Assembly: GCA_965204725.1 (NCBI GenBank)
Contig: OZ242005.1
Location: forward strand, 5,280,001 to 5,344,000
DNA: 64,000 bases
Source of the DNA: Candidatus Latescibacterota bacterium
GTDB lineage: Bacteria > Latescibacterota > UBA2968 > UBA8231
Direction of reading: 5' to 3'
Shown: one piece after another, positions 17,319 to 27,596 of the stretch
Numbering within the stretch: position 1 is the stretch's first letter
Layout: each line of letters opens with the position of its first letter
Made by a program: the position numbers and the translations under genes
Notes under the pieces: generated by a model
What the model was told of the DNA's origin: nothing
The model's input: only the letters and a program-made list of their open reading frames with translations
The model's database searches: none

Positions 17319-20131
17319 TACTGGATTCCGGCGTACACGGTGATGAAGCTAGTCGTCGAATTGCTGCTTTCGCTGCCCTTGGCAAAGCCGCTGTCTTGCT
17401 CTAGCACCAACTCTTCCTGAGTGCGCCCGTAGCGCAGGCCGATCTGGGTCGTCAGGCGATACCCCATGTAGTCCGAGGAATTAGACAGTTGCACGGCCAC
17501 GTTTATGCTGCTCTCGTCGCCCGTTTCCGTGGTGATGCCGTTGGCGACCATGGCGTCCTCGTCGCGCATCAAGTCCCGCAGCAGCAGTTGCTCTACCCCT
17601 CCCATGAGCACGGTGTGCTTGAGCACTGGCAGTTGAGCCAGCAGCATAAAGCTGCCGGTCCACTCCTTGCGCTCGTCCTCTTGCACCAAAAACGGCGTGC
17701 GCCGCAAGTATTCGCTCTTGAACTTGGGCTGGAGGCTGAAACGACCCAAGTCGTAGGTATAGTCGAACTTGTTGATCAAGCCGAAGAAGCTCGTGTCGGT
17801 CCGCAGGCGGCGGCCGTCTATGTCGCGGGGATCGTCTTGGTTTTGGCGATAGAATTCGTACTTGAACTTGTTGATGATGTTGAGCCGCTCAATGCCCACG
17901 TAGTCGAACCCGAGCCACAGCGAATTGACCCAAGTGTCTTGGGCCGGCAGAATGTCGGGGACTAGGGGCTGGATGGCCGGGGCATCGACGTAAGGCGTGG
18001 GGGCGCGCCGGTCGTCTGGAATGGTGTCGGCGACCTTTTTCAGCGCGTCAAAAACTCGCAACCGCCCCACGCCCGGCACGTCGCGGTCAAAGGTAAAGAG
18101 CGCGTACTGGACGCGGCTCGAGCGATCGGCCGAGATCATCTGCTCGTCCGCCTGCCCCAAAGTCAGCCGCGTCCCCGGCACGATCTCGGCCCCGGCGAAC
18201 ACATTGTAGCCCTGCCGGTCGGTCTTGTAGGGATAATCCGGCAAGTCGTCGTCCTCAAAGCGGTCGATCCAATCGTTGTTGTTCAGGTCGATGCCAAAGA
18301 GGAATTCGGGCCGGTCCACCGCATAGCGCAAGAACGGCTCTTCGTAGTCGGGAATGAGGTTGTTGACCGTGCCGTTGTCGTTTTGGTTGAAGTCCGAGAT
18401 AAAGTCGTTGTTCTCGTCCCACCCGGGAAAGATGAGCCGGTCGTTGGCCGAACCCGCGCGGATCCAGTCGGGGTATTGGTCTTGGTCGTCGTTGTCCTCG
18501 ACGAACTCGTAGAAGTTGCGCTGGGAGTTGTCGTACTGGATGTCGCCGTTGGCATCAACCAAAAAAGCCGTGGTCGAATACGCGTCGTCCATCGCATAGA
18601 CCTCGCCGAAGAAGAACCACGGATGGAACTGACGGGAGAGGTTGAAAAACCAAGCGTCGGACTGCTCAGTGGCAATTTTGTGGTTCTTGCCCGCCGTAAA
18701 CAGCGCGGCGTTGGGATACTGAAAGTAGCGCTTGTTGCGGTCCCACTCTCCATAGAAGTCAAACCCCCACAGCCCCTTACCCTCCACCGTAAAGCCGCCG
18801 ACTAGGTTGCCCGTCGGCAGGCCGTAGTCAAATTTGACGAGTTGGAGGTTGGAAATGTCCTTCACGTTTCCCTCGGCTCGCCGCAGGGTAATCAGCGCCG
18901 GCTCGCTGGCGTCGATGGTCTCAGCACTCAGGGGTGCGGCCGGCATGGCGCGGCGGCCCGTCTGGCGGTCGGACCACATCTCCACCTTGAAGTCATTGCC
19001 CAAGACGTATTCAAATTCGACGGCCACGATCGCGGTGGGGTCTGGCCCGATGTAGGCCGGATCGTTGAAGTCGTAGTTGAGCACGATGCGCTCGTACCCG
19101 TCGGCGGCCGTGTACCCCTGCCGTTCAAACCCGCCGAACTTAATCGGCCACTCCGCGCCGGCGCGCACGACCTCCTCGGCCTCAAACACCTGCTCCTTGT
19201 TCGTCTCAAAGTCGCGGCTGATGATGCGCACCCGGTCGCGGAACAAAGCCGCGCCCCCCTCGCCGTCCTCGGGCGTGTCGTCGCTGAGAATGATGGCAAT
19301 GGCCGTCAGCGGCGTACTGCTCTGGCCGGAAGTGAGGCTGCCGGCGATCAAGTCGCCGCTGAACAGATCGAGCGTGGTGTTGGTATTGCGGGCATCCACT
19401 AGGGTCGCGCCCACCTCGATGAAGTCGCCGACCTGCACCGTGCCGCGCCCGCCGAACATGGTCGTGGTATTGGTGCGGGTCTCCGGCTCGCGAGTTTCGC
19501 CCAAAATGGGGTCGCTGATCCGCGAGGCGAGAATCGTGCCGGCGTATTTGTCGGCCATGAAGTCGATCTGGACGCCATTGAAACGAGGCCGCGAGAAGGT
19601 CAACGGCGTCAGGGTCGTGCGCAGCAGATTGCCGACCGTAATGGCATAGTAGTACTGGCTCTGGGAGTCGCCGCCAATGGTGACCCCGTTGAACCAAGAG
19701 TCGAAGCGGGCATTCTGAAAGATGCTGCTGCCGAGTTGGCCGGGTTGGTTTTGGCTCCAGTCGTAGATCAGCCAGCCGCGCCCGATGAAGTTGCCGTAGA
19801 AATCGTAGAAGTAGTCGCCTTCGCGGTGGATGTTGACATAGCGCCGAAACTCTTCCTTGGCGTAGTTCGAGTACTCCCACTGCCGCCAGCCGTATTCATT
19901 GAAAAGCTCTTGGGGGATGTACCATTTTTTAATAGCTGGATCGAGCGCGCCAAACAGGACCCCCGGTCCGCGCGGCTCAAAGCTGACCGCCCCGCCGCGC
20001 TGGCGGCCCAAGCGGTTACCATACTCTTGGGCTTGGGCTTCAGCCGTGCCGGCCAACAACGCCAGCGCGGCCCAACCAATCAGCCCCCACATTCTAAACG
20101 CTTGCAAGTCATCTCTCCCTAATTTTTGCAT
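17318..20131 (-). CDS. Large predicted outer-membrane beta-barrel protein, copy 2 (true start may be ~20107 or 20092)
   Basis: AQA|QEYGNRLG; ALDP..KWYIPQELFNEY..RQWEYSNYA; PDYEEPFLRY.VDRPEFLFGIDLNNN; ends SFITVYAGIQ. Confidence 0.7.
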   Translation of the reverse strand: MQKLGRDDLQAFRMWGLIGWAALALLAGTAEAQAQEYGNRLGRQRGGAVSFEPRGPGVLFGALDPAIKKWYIPQELFNEYGWRQWEYSNYAKEEFRRYVNIHREGDYFYDFYGNFIGRGWLIYDWSQNQPGQLGSSIFQNARFDSWFNGVTIGGDSQSQYYYAITVGNLLRTTLTPLTFSRPRFNGVQIDFMADKYAGTILASRISDPILGETREPETRTNTTTMFGGRGTVQVGDFIEVGATLVDARNTNTTLDLFSGDLIAGSLTSGQSSTPLTAIAIILSDDTPEDGEGGAALFRDRVRIISRDFETNKEQVFEAEEVVRAGAEWPIKFGGFERQGYTAADGYERIVLNYDFNDPAYIGPDPTAIVAVEFEYVLGNDFKVEMWSDRQTGRRAMPAAPLSAETIDASEPALITLRRAEGNVKDISNLQLVKFDYGLPTGNLVGGFTVEGKGLWGFDFYGEWDRNKRYFQYPNAALFTAGKNHKIATEQSDAWFFNLSRQFHPWFFFGEVYAMDDAYSTTAFLVDANGDIQYDNSQRNFYEFVEDNDDQDQYPDWIRAGSANDRLIFPGWDENNDFISDFNQNDNGTVNNLIPDYEEPFLRYAVDRPEFLFGIDLNNNDWIDRFEDDDLPDYPYKTDRQGYNVFAGAEIVPGTRLTLGQADEQMISADRSSRVQYALFTFDRDVPGVGRLRVFDALKKVADTIPDDRRAPTPYVDAPAIQPLVPDILPAQDTWVNSLWLGFDYVGIERLNIINKFKYEFYRQNQDDPRDIDGRRLRTDTSFFGLINKFDYTYDLGRFSLQPKFKSEYLRRTPFLVQEDERKEWTGSFMLLAQLPVLKHTVLMGGVEQLLLRDLMRDEDAMVANGITTETGDESSINVAVQLSNSSDYMGYRLTTQIGLRYGRTQEELVLEQDSGFAKGSESSNSTTSFITVYAGIQ

Positions 20132-20142
20132 AATCTGAGCAG

Positions 20143-22386
20143 CTAGTACGCCACCCCGACGACCCCGATTTTCCGCACTTGGCCCGTGCCGGCGCGTAGC
20201 GAGACGCTAAACGTGTAATGCCCCGGCGGCACGTACCCTCCGTCGTCGTCCCGGCCATCCCACGGCTGGGCAAAGCGGCCACTGATGGCCTCGCTATCGA
20301 CCAAGGCCCGCACCAAGCGGCCGGACAGATCGAAAATCGACACCTGCACTGGCGAGGGCCGCACGATATTGGTGATGTCGTACTGGACGAGGACGCGGTC
20401 GTTGGTGCCATCGCCGTTGGGCGTAAACACCGGCGAATTCACGGCCACATTGGCCAAGAGCTCCTTGCTGATGGGCACGGCCACCGAAAGATTTTCTTCT
20501 AGCGGAGTGCCCACCGGCTGGAGGTCGGAGTCGGCAAAGCCAGCCGCGCTCAAGTCGGCGGCATTGCCGGCCACGACGCCCTGCCCAATGGTCGTCTCGA
20601 CCGCACGGTTGAAGGCCCGGCCGACAAAGGTCGTGCCAAAGCGCAACACCCCGTTGTCGAATTCCACCTCCAAGACCGCCCCGTCTTCTTGGATGAGCGG
20701 GAAGGAAATGGCAAAGCGGTCGTCGCGCACTTCGTCGATGGAGATGCCATTGCTGGCTTGGGGCAAGTTCGCCAAGGACGCGCCGGAAAAATCCGCCTCT
20801 TGGACCGCGCCGCCGGGCCGCTCAATGCGCACGCGCCCGATGGCCTCGACTCGCAGGGGGGTCTCTATCTCAAAGGCGTCAAACCCGCGCTGCTGACCCG
20901 AGGACTTGTTGAGCACCGCGTACAAAAACCGGGTGTTTTTCCCCACGGCCGCGGAGCGCGGCGAGATCTCGGCGATCAGCTCTTGGGCAAAGGGCGGCGA
21001 AATCGCGTCGAAGGCCAAGCCGCCTACGGTGGCCGCCGACTCAAAGTCGTCGCTAAAAAAGTCAATGGAAAACTGGAAGTAGCGGCGCGGACCCGGCGAG
21101 CTAATTGGGACGCCGGCACCGTCTATGGGGAGCTGGTCTTGGCTGACGATGCCGGACGCCGAATAGGGGGGAGACCAGCCGCTCCAGTTGTTGACATCGT
21201 CGCGGATGACTCCTTTGTCCTCGCCCCGCAACGCGCTGTAATCGGCCTCGTCGAGGGTGACGAGAGCTTGCTGGTCCAGCGGCAGATCCTTGAACACCCC
21301 GAGGGCCTCGCGCACATCTACTTCGTCGTTGTCCAGCACGTTTTCGACGAGGGCCTTTAGCTCGGCATCCTCGATGTCTTCGGCCCGCTTCCACGGCACC
21401 TCCACATTGGCCGTTGAGGTGCCCGAGCGATTGCCCGCTCGAGCGCCGCCGCCCACGCGGAAGATGCGCTCGCCCGGACGGACCTTGTTGAATTCGACCG
21501 GGGCCGGATCGACGCCCGTCCGCGTGCGAATGCGCAAGCGGGACAGATTTGCGTCGCCTCGGGCGTCTTGGACCCAGCGCAAGTTGCCGAACAGGGCCAA
21601 GTCGCCAAAGTCGAAAATGTTGGACACATAGCTCGCTTCGGGCACAAAGCCCGTGCCGAAAATCTGGAACTCGGCCATGTCGAAGCCGGCCGCAGTCAGC
21701 ACCTTGAGCCGCACGAAGCGCACGTATTGCGGATCAATGCGGACATCGACCACGGGTTGGTCGTTTTGGGTCTCGACCGCGACGGTTTGCAAAATCGGCA
21801 CGCCTTCAAAGGAGTTTTCCGGCGTGCCATCGTTGATGAAAATCTCGTACCCGCGCAGGAATTCGTTTTGGAAGGGAAATTCGACCGAGGGGAAATCCGG
21901 GTCGCCGTTGCGCGGAAAGAATTTGAAGCGATTGAGGCCAAAGCGCGCCCCGAGATCCAAGTCGATGATCAGCCCCAGCACTCGAGCGCTTTGAGTGCCC
22001 CCAGAAGCGCGCATATCCAAAGCCGTGTCGCCGTCGTTGTCGATCAAATTGGACAACGCCGCCCGAATGGAGCGATTGTTCGGCGAATCAATGCGACCGC
22101 CGCGCAACGGCGAGTTGATGCCGACCGCTATGTTGCGGGTGGTATCGGCGCGCTGGGGTGCGATGAAATAGGGCAGGCCCTCGGGCGCAAAGTCAATGAC
22201 GCCACCGGGGGCGTTGGTTTTTTCAATCGCGGTCGCGCTGCGGATGACCACGGCCGGGAGATCGCCCCCGCCGCTCTCCCAAATCAGGCCCTCTTCGCCG
22301 CCGATGATCACGACTTCCGCAACCGCCGAGACCGCGAAAAACAAGAGGCCGGCCACGAGGCCGGCCGAGCGAAAAGCTGTGTGCAT
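20143..22386 (-). CDS. Secreted discoidin-like + FlgD-Ig CTD protein
   Basis: Start moved to MHTAFRSAGL (signal peptide); LDLGARF..FFPR..DMAEFQIFG; RTRTG; FTPNGDGTND..WDGRD; ends VGVAY. Confidence 0.8.
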   Translation of the reverse strand: MHTAFRSAGLVAGLLFFAVSAVAEVVIIGGEEGLIWESGGGDLPAVVIRSATAIEKTNAPGGVIDFAPEGLPYFIAPQRADTTRNIAVGINSPLRGGRIDSPNNRSIRAALSNLIDNDGDTALDMRASGGTQSARVLGLIIDLDLGARFGLNRFKFFPRNGDPDFPSVEFPFQNEFLRGYEIFINDGTPENSFEGVPILQTVAVETQNDQPVVDVRIDPQYVRFVRLKVLTAAGFDMAEFQIFGTGFVPEASYVSNIFDFGDLALFGNLRWVQDARGDANLSRLRIRTRTGVDPAPVEFNKVRPGERIFRVGGGARAGNRSGTSTANVEVPWKRAEDIEDAELKALVENVLDNDEVDVREALGVFKDLPLDQQALVTLDEADYSALRGEDKGVIRDDVNNWSGWSPPYSASGIVSQDQLPIDGAGVPISSPGPRRYFQFSIDFFSDDFESAATVGGLAFDAISPPFAQELIAEISPRSAAVGKNTRFLYAVLNKSSGQQRGFDAFEIETPLRVEAIGRVRIERPGGAVQEADFSGASLANLPQASNGISIDEVRDDRFAISFPLIQEDGAVLEVEFDNGVLRFGTTFVGRAFNRAVETTIGQGVVAGNAADLSAAGFADSDLQPVGTPLEENLSVAVPISKELLANVAVNSPVFTPNGDGTNDRVLVQYDITNIVRPSPVQVSIFDLSGRLVRALVDSEAISGRFAQPWDGRDDDGGYVPPGHYTFSVSLRAGTGQVRKIGVVGVAY

Positions 22387-22523
22387 AAACCGAAACTCTA
22401 CCAGTAGTAAGCAGGACGGGCCAACGCCGAATGCCGCTGCATTGTTGCCCAAAAATTCGTCAAATCCTAAATTAACTGCCCGTTAAATAAGCGAATAGTC
22501 CCCCCTAGAGCAAGAAATTTTCC

Positions 22524-24233
22524 ATGATCTCAACCCAGCCCTTTCGGCGCGATCGTCGCCTATCGCTCCTGTGTTTCTCCGTCCTTTTCCTCGCGTCCTG
22601 CGGCGGCCAGACCGACCCTCCCGAGGAGCCGGATGTCGTCTTGGCGACCGTAGCCGGCGACCCCATTACGCTCGCGGCTTTCACCGAGTTCAGCACCCTC
22701 ATCCCGGCGGGCATGAAAAAGGGCGACACCCCGCTCGCCAAGAACCGCCAAGTCCTCAACAGCCTAATCGACAAGCGGCTCTTGCTCGCCGAGGCCGAGG
22801 CCCTGCAACTCGCCGACGACCCCGCGATTCAAGCCGAGCTGGCCTTCTTTGCCAAAAACCGCTTGCTTGACTTGTACACGCACCGCGAAATATCGCAAAG
22901 AATCGTCGTTACCGACGAGGAGATGGAGGAGCACTATCGAGCCACGCACCGCGATCGCGCCCTCCGCTTCAGCGGCATCATGCTCAAGACCCGCGAGGAA
23001 GCCGAGGACATTTTGCAGGCCGTGGCCGACGGGGCGCAGTTCATGGAGCTGGCCAAGGGGCACTCGCTGCACCGCGATAGCGGCGAACAGGGCGGCGATG
23101 TGGGAGGCTACAAACTCAAGGACAAGGTCCTGCCGGCCATTGCCGAAGCGATCTTCCCCCTCGCCGTGGGCGAGGTATCCCAACCCATCCGCTTCCAGTT
23201 TGCCGGCGAGCCTCACTACACGGTCTTTCAAGTCACCGACGAGATGCCCCTGCCGCTCGCCGCGTCCGAGCGCAAGGTGCGGGAGGAAATTTTTGGCCGC
23301 AAGCGGGCCGCCCGCTACCAAGCCCTCCTCGATTCGCTGCAAGGCGCGTACGGCCCTGAGCTGCGCGACGAGCCGATTCGCGCCCTCAACCAGCACAGCG
23401 AGCAGGCCGCAGACGACCTATACGCCTTGCCGGCTGCGCTGGGCGACGAGGCCATCGTCACCTTTCGCGGCGGTCAAATCAGTTGCCGCGAGTTCCTCGA
23501 TATGGCGCGGCAAATGCGCGCCGGCCGGCCGGAACTAGCCGACTCCGCGCGCGTCGCCTTCCTCCTCAAAACCGCGATCATTCCGGCCTTTCTCTTTGCG
23601 ACCGAGGCCCGCGCCCTCGGGCTAGACCAAGACCCCGACCTCCTCAAGCGCGTCCGCGACAAGCGAGACGATCTGTTTCTCAACGCCCTGCGGCAGCGCT
23701 ACGTCGATCAGCACGTCACAACCACTCCAGCCGAGGCCCGCGCTTTCTACGATAGCCACCCGAAAAAATTCACCGCGCCGCTGACGACCGAAGTGGTAGA
23801 AATTCTCGTGGCTTCCGATTCTTTGGCCCAGCGGCTCAAGCGCGAAATCCTCGCCGGCGCCGATCCAGCCCCGCTGGCCCGCGCCCACACCCTCCGTCCC
23901 GGTGCCGACCACCACGACGGGCACCTGACCCTCAGCCCCTACACCAAGGCGTATTATCAGGGCATCTACGACTTGGCGCATTCCCTGCCCATCAGCCAAG
24001 TCGGCGGTCCCGTGCCGGTACAGGGGGGCTACTCGATCTTCAAGGTCCTCGACCGCCACGAAAAAAAGCATCCCTACGACGCCACCTCGCGTCGCCGCGC
24101 CACGGCGTACGTAAAGCTCGACAAATCCAAGCGCGGGTACGTGCAGTACGTGCGCGGCCTGCGGGATCAGCACCCGGTCGAGGAGTTTGCCGACGCCATA
24201 GAACGCGCCCTCGGCGCTCCGCCCCCTAACTGA
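22524..24233 (+). CDS. PpiC/parvulin-type peptidyl-prolyl isomerase foldase lipoprotein (PrsA/SurA-like, two rotamase-like domains)
   Basis: Lipobox FLASC; VLATVAGDPIT; FMELAKGHS..SGEQGGDVG..IFPLAVGEVSQPI; second domain VGGPVPVQGGYSIFKV. Confidence 0.8.
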   Translation: MISTQPFRRDRRLSLLCFSVLFLASCGGQTDPPEEPDVVLATVAGDPITLAAFTEFSTLIPAGMKKGDTPLAKNRQVLNSLIDKRLLLAEAEALQLADDPAIQAELAFFAKNRLLDLYTHREISQRIVVTDEEMEEHYRATHRDRALRFSGIMLKTREEAEDILQAVADGAQFMELAKGHSLHRDSGEQGGDVGGYKLKDKVLPAIAEAIFPLAVGEVSQPIRFQFAGEPHYTVFQVTDEMPLPLAASERKVREEIFGRKRAARYQALLDSLQGAYGPELRDEPIRALNQHSEQAADDLYALPAALGDEAIVTFRGGQISCREFLDMARQMRAGRPELADSARVAFLLKTAIIPAFLFATEARALGLDQDPDLLKRVRDKRDDLFLNALRQRYVDQHVTTTPAEARAFYDSHPKKFTAPLTTEVVEILVASDSLAQRLKREILAGADPAPLARAHTLRPGADHHDGHLTLSPYTKAYYQGIYDLAHSLPISQVGGPVPVQGGYSIFKVLDRHEKKHPYDATSRRRATAYVKLDKSKRGYVQYVRGLRDQHPVEEFADAIERALGAPPPN

Positions 24234-24235
24234 AA

Positions 24236-25696
24236 TTGAGCGGGGTCGTGCTCCTGTTCCTTTTGCTCGCTTGGGGCTGCGCCCGCGACGATCCCCGGCT
24301 AGCCGAGGGCCAGCAGCACTTCTACAACCGAGATTACCAAGCCGCGATTGCGGTCTTACAGCAAATCGTCCAAGGCCCGTCCCCCTCGCCAGCGGCCTAT
24401 CGCTATCTAGGGCGTTGCTACCTCCAAATTGGCCAGTACGACCAAGCGCGGGAAACAGCGCATGCCGGCCTAGCCCACGCTCCCAGCGATCCCGAGCTCT
24501 ACGATCTACTCGGGGCCATCGAGATGACCCGCGCATTCGCCGAGGCCCGGTACAGCGAGACCCATGCCGCCCTATCGGCCTTCCAACGGGCCATTGAACT
24601 CGACCCACACCGTGCCACCACCCACTACAACCTCGGCCTCGTGCATAGCTACCGCGACAGCACCCACCACGCCGAGCGCGCTTGGCTAGCCGCCTTGCAG
24701 GTGGATTCCACGCTCGCGCCCGCCCATAAGAAGCTGGGCCTGTACTACCGACGCCAAGGCGCATTAGACCAAGCCCTGAGTCACCTGCAACGCGCCGTGC
24801 AGTACGCGCCTGAAGACGCCGAAGCGCATTTCCATCTCGGCTTGCAGCACCGCGCTCGCGGGCACTACGACCAAGCTGTGGTCGCCCTAGAGCGGGCCGC
24901 GGCGCTCAACCCCTATTCGCCCCAAGTTCACTTCAATCTGTCTCAACTCTACTTGCGCCTCGGCCAGCGCGAGCGGGGAGAAAAAGCCCTCGCGAACTCG
25001 GAAATCCTCCGCCAGCACCAGCGGGGGATCGGCTCGGAGCAATCCCTGCCCGATGTGAGCGCGGTGGCCATTGGCTCGGCTACGGCCCGCTACAACCTCG
25101 CTTTGCACCTCTCCTTGCAGGGCCAATACGACCAAGCCATTCTCGAATATCAAAACGCCCTCGCGATCAACCCCAAGCTAAAAGACGCGCACAGCAGCCT
25201 AGGCGTCCTGTTCACCTATCAGGGCGATTTAGCCGCGGCGGCCGAGCATTTTCGCCAAGCCCTCGCCCTCGACGGCGAAGACCCGCTCAGCCACGCTCGG
25301 CTGGGGATGGTTCTCCTCAAGCAGCAACGCTATGCAGCGGCTCGGGCCAGCCTGCGGCGCGCGGCCGCCCTCGATTCTAGCTTGCACGAGGCGGCCCACG
25401 GGCTCGGCTTGACCGCGGCCCGCACGGGCGATTTGGCAGGGGCCATCGCCCACTTTGCCGAGGCCGCCCGACTCAGCCCCACGAGCGCACTAGCCCACTT
25501 AAACTTAGGGGTGGCCTACGCGAAATCGGCCCACTTTGCCGAGGCCGCCCGCGCGTATTCCCGCGCCGTTGAACTGGACCCCGCCAATGAACGCGCCCAT
25601 CGCTACCTCAGCGACGCGTACCGGGAGTTGGGCCACCGGGAAAAAAGCCGCGCCCACCGCGAAAAGGCGCGGCAGCTAGCGTCAAAGGCCCCCTAG
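24236..25696 (+). CDS. Tetratricopeptide-repeat lipoprotein
   Basis: LAWGC lipobox; repeated A..LdP....ahynLG TPR units. Confidence 0.85.
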   Translation: MSGVVLLFLLLAWGCARDDPRLAEGQQHFYNRDYQAAIAVLQQIVQGPSPSPAAYRYLGRCYLQIGQYDQARETAHAGLAHAPSDPELYDLLGAIEMTRAFAEARYSETHAALSAFQRAIELDPHRATTHYNLGLVHSYRDSTHHAERAWLAALQVDSTLAPAHKKLGLYYRRQGALDQALSHLQRAVQYAPEDAEAHFHLGLQHRARGHYDQAVVALERAAALNPYSPQVHFNLSQLYLRLGQRERGEKALANSEILRQHQRGIGSEQSLPDVSAVAIGSATARYNLALHLSLQGQYDQAILEYQNALAINPKLKDAHSSLGVLFTYQGDLAAAAEHFRQALALDGEDPLSHARLGMVLLKQQRYAAARASLRRAAALDSSLHEAAHGLGLTAARTGDLAGAIAHFAEAARLSPTSALAHLNLGVAYAKSAHFAEAARAYSRAVELDPANERAHRYLSDAYRELGHREKSRAHREKARQLASKAP

Positions 25697-25700
25697 CCCC

Positions 25701-27596
25701 GTGCCACGCATCCTCTACTCGGCGGCCTGCTGCCTCGCGGTGGCCCTGCCATCGCACGCGCTGACCATCTATCGCATCGGCGGGGCCGACCTGCCCAAAC
25801 CGGCGTTGGAAGCCGAGTACGAGTTCGTGCAACTGTCTTGGGAAGCGGTCGATCCCCAGCAGCACGGCCAAGCCCAATGGGTCGCGCTAGAGCCAGAGCG
25901 CATCGGCCCGTTGTTGCTAACCCCCTCGGTCAACCTAGCACCGCTGTTGGAATCCCTCGGGGGCCGCATCCTCGTCCTAGAGTGGAACGGCTGGCGGCAG
26001 TGGTACGAAGACGACATCCTGATCTTCGACGGCGACCCAGAAACCGCGTACCTAGGGGATGGGCGCTATCTCCGCGTGGCTGGCTACGGCCCCCAGCACA
26101 AGTACTGGGTCTTCGATTTTGGCGGGCGGTTTTTCGTCGATCGCGTGCGCTTTTATCCGCGCCCGCGCTTTGCGGACACCCGCTTTGTCGAGCGCTTCAT
26201 CTTGGGGACCAGCGATGGCGATCCCCTCGCCGACGGCACCCGCGAGTACGAGGTTAGCTGGCGCAACAGCACCCTCGACTTCGACATCGTCCACCGCATC
26301 CGCGAGAACACCCAAGCCGTCATGGAACTGGCCCTGCCCGACGAACCCATCCAGCAGGTGTTCATCGAGCTGCCCGAAAACAATCGCGGGATCTGGGAAA
26401 TCGCCGAATTCGAGATCTACGGGGCCGGCCCGGCCGCCTTCTCTCGCTATACCTCCAACCTCATCGACTTGGGGCAACCGGCCGCCTTGGGTGCCTTGAC
26501 TTGGGGCGGCCAGCTCGACGCGGAGGCCCGCATCGAGCTGAGTGTCCGCACGGGTGACGACGACGACCCCAACACCTATTGGCGGCGCACGTTTCGCGGC
26601 AGCGAGCGGACCCGCTTCGACGCGGCCGGCCAACCGCTCACCCTGCAAACCTACAACCAGCTACAACGGGGCGAGCAGGCCGGCTTCACCCCAGACGTCG
26701 AGGACTGGAACTTCTGGAGCGCACCCTTTGCCTTTGCCGCCGGTCGCGGGGTCATACCGGGCGATCGGCTGCGCCGCTACGCGCAATTTAGGGCCGAATT
26801 CCACTCGACCGCCGAGGCGACCGGCCATCTGGCGTACTTGCAGTTCAGCGCGTCCATCCCACCGCTGGCCTCCCAAGCCTTCGGGCACATCCACCCGCTG
26901 CGAGCACCGGTCCTAACCCCGACCCTCTTTACCTTTTATCTAGAGCCCCACATCGCAGCCGACGACCTCGGGTTTGACCACTTAGCCATCGCCACCACCG
27001 CCCAAGTGCAGGCTGTGGAAGCCGTGCGGATCGGCGGGATAGACGTTGCCCATATCGTTCAGCACACGGCCGAGGGGTTTGAAATGGCCTTGCCGCGCAT
27101 GGATCAGCAGCGGACCGGCGAGCAGGTCGAGGTCGATTTTTGGGCCGAGGTCTTCGCGTACAACACCCACTTTGCCGGGCGAATCCGCGACAGCACGCGC
27201 CCGTTTGAAGTGGCTCAGCCCGTGTCCCCGCAAACGACCAACAGCTTACAGGTGGCCTTGCTCAGCCTCGACCAGCCGCTCATCGGCCGCCTCGCCCTGC
27301 ATCCGCCGGCCTTCACCCCCAACGGCGACGGTCGCAACGACGCCGTGCAGATCGAATACGACCTTCTGTATTTAGTGGATGCAACGCGCGTGGAACTCGC
27401 CGTCTTCAACCTCGCCGGCCGCGCGGTGGGCGTCATCTACGACGGGCTTGCCACCAGCGGTCGCTTTGCCGTCGAATGGGACGGCCGCACTCTTAGCGGG
27501 GACCTCGTGCCGCCGGGGTCGTACCTCGTCCGCCTCACCGCAGCAATCGGCCGCGGCCAGCAGCGACGCCAAAGCCTCGTGTCGGTCGTCTATTGA
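25701..27596 (+). CDS. Secreted discoidin-like + FlgD-Ig CTD protein (LTIYRIGG subfamily, fourth copy, inverted)
   Basis: SHA|LTIYRIGG; collinear with the three genes at 5629..11426; FTPNGDGRND; ends VSVVY. Confidence 0.8.
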   Translation: MPRILYSAACCLAVALPSHALTIYRIGGADLPKPALEAEYEFVQLSWEAVDPQQHGQAQWVALEPERIGPLLLTPSVNLAPLLESLGGRILVLEWNGWRQWYEDDILIFDGDPETAYLGDGRYLRVAGYGPQHKYWVFDFGGRFFVDRVRFYPRPRFADTRFVERFILGTSDGDPLADGTREYEVSWRNSTLDFDIVHRIRENTQAVMELALPDEPIQQVFIELPENNRGIWEIAEFEIYGAGPAAFSRYTSNLIDLGQPAALGALTWGGQLDAEARIELSVRTGDDDDPNTYWRRTFRGSERTRFDAAGQPLTLQTYNQLQRGEQAGFTPDVEDWNFWSAPFAFAAGRGVIPGDRLRRYAQFRAEFHSTAEATGHLAYLQFSASIPPLASQAFGHIHPLRAPVLTPTLFTFYLEPHIAADDLGFDHLAIATTAQVQAVEAVRIGGIDVAHIVQHTAEGFEMALPRMDQQRTGEQVEVDFWAEVFAYNTHFAGRIRDSTRPFEVAQPVSPQTTNSLQVALLSLDQPLIGRLALHPPAFTPNGDGRNDAVQIEYDLLYLVDATRVELAVFNLAGRAVGVIYDGLATSGRFAVEWDGRTLSGDLVPPGSYLVRLTAAIGRGQQRRQSLVSVVY

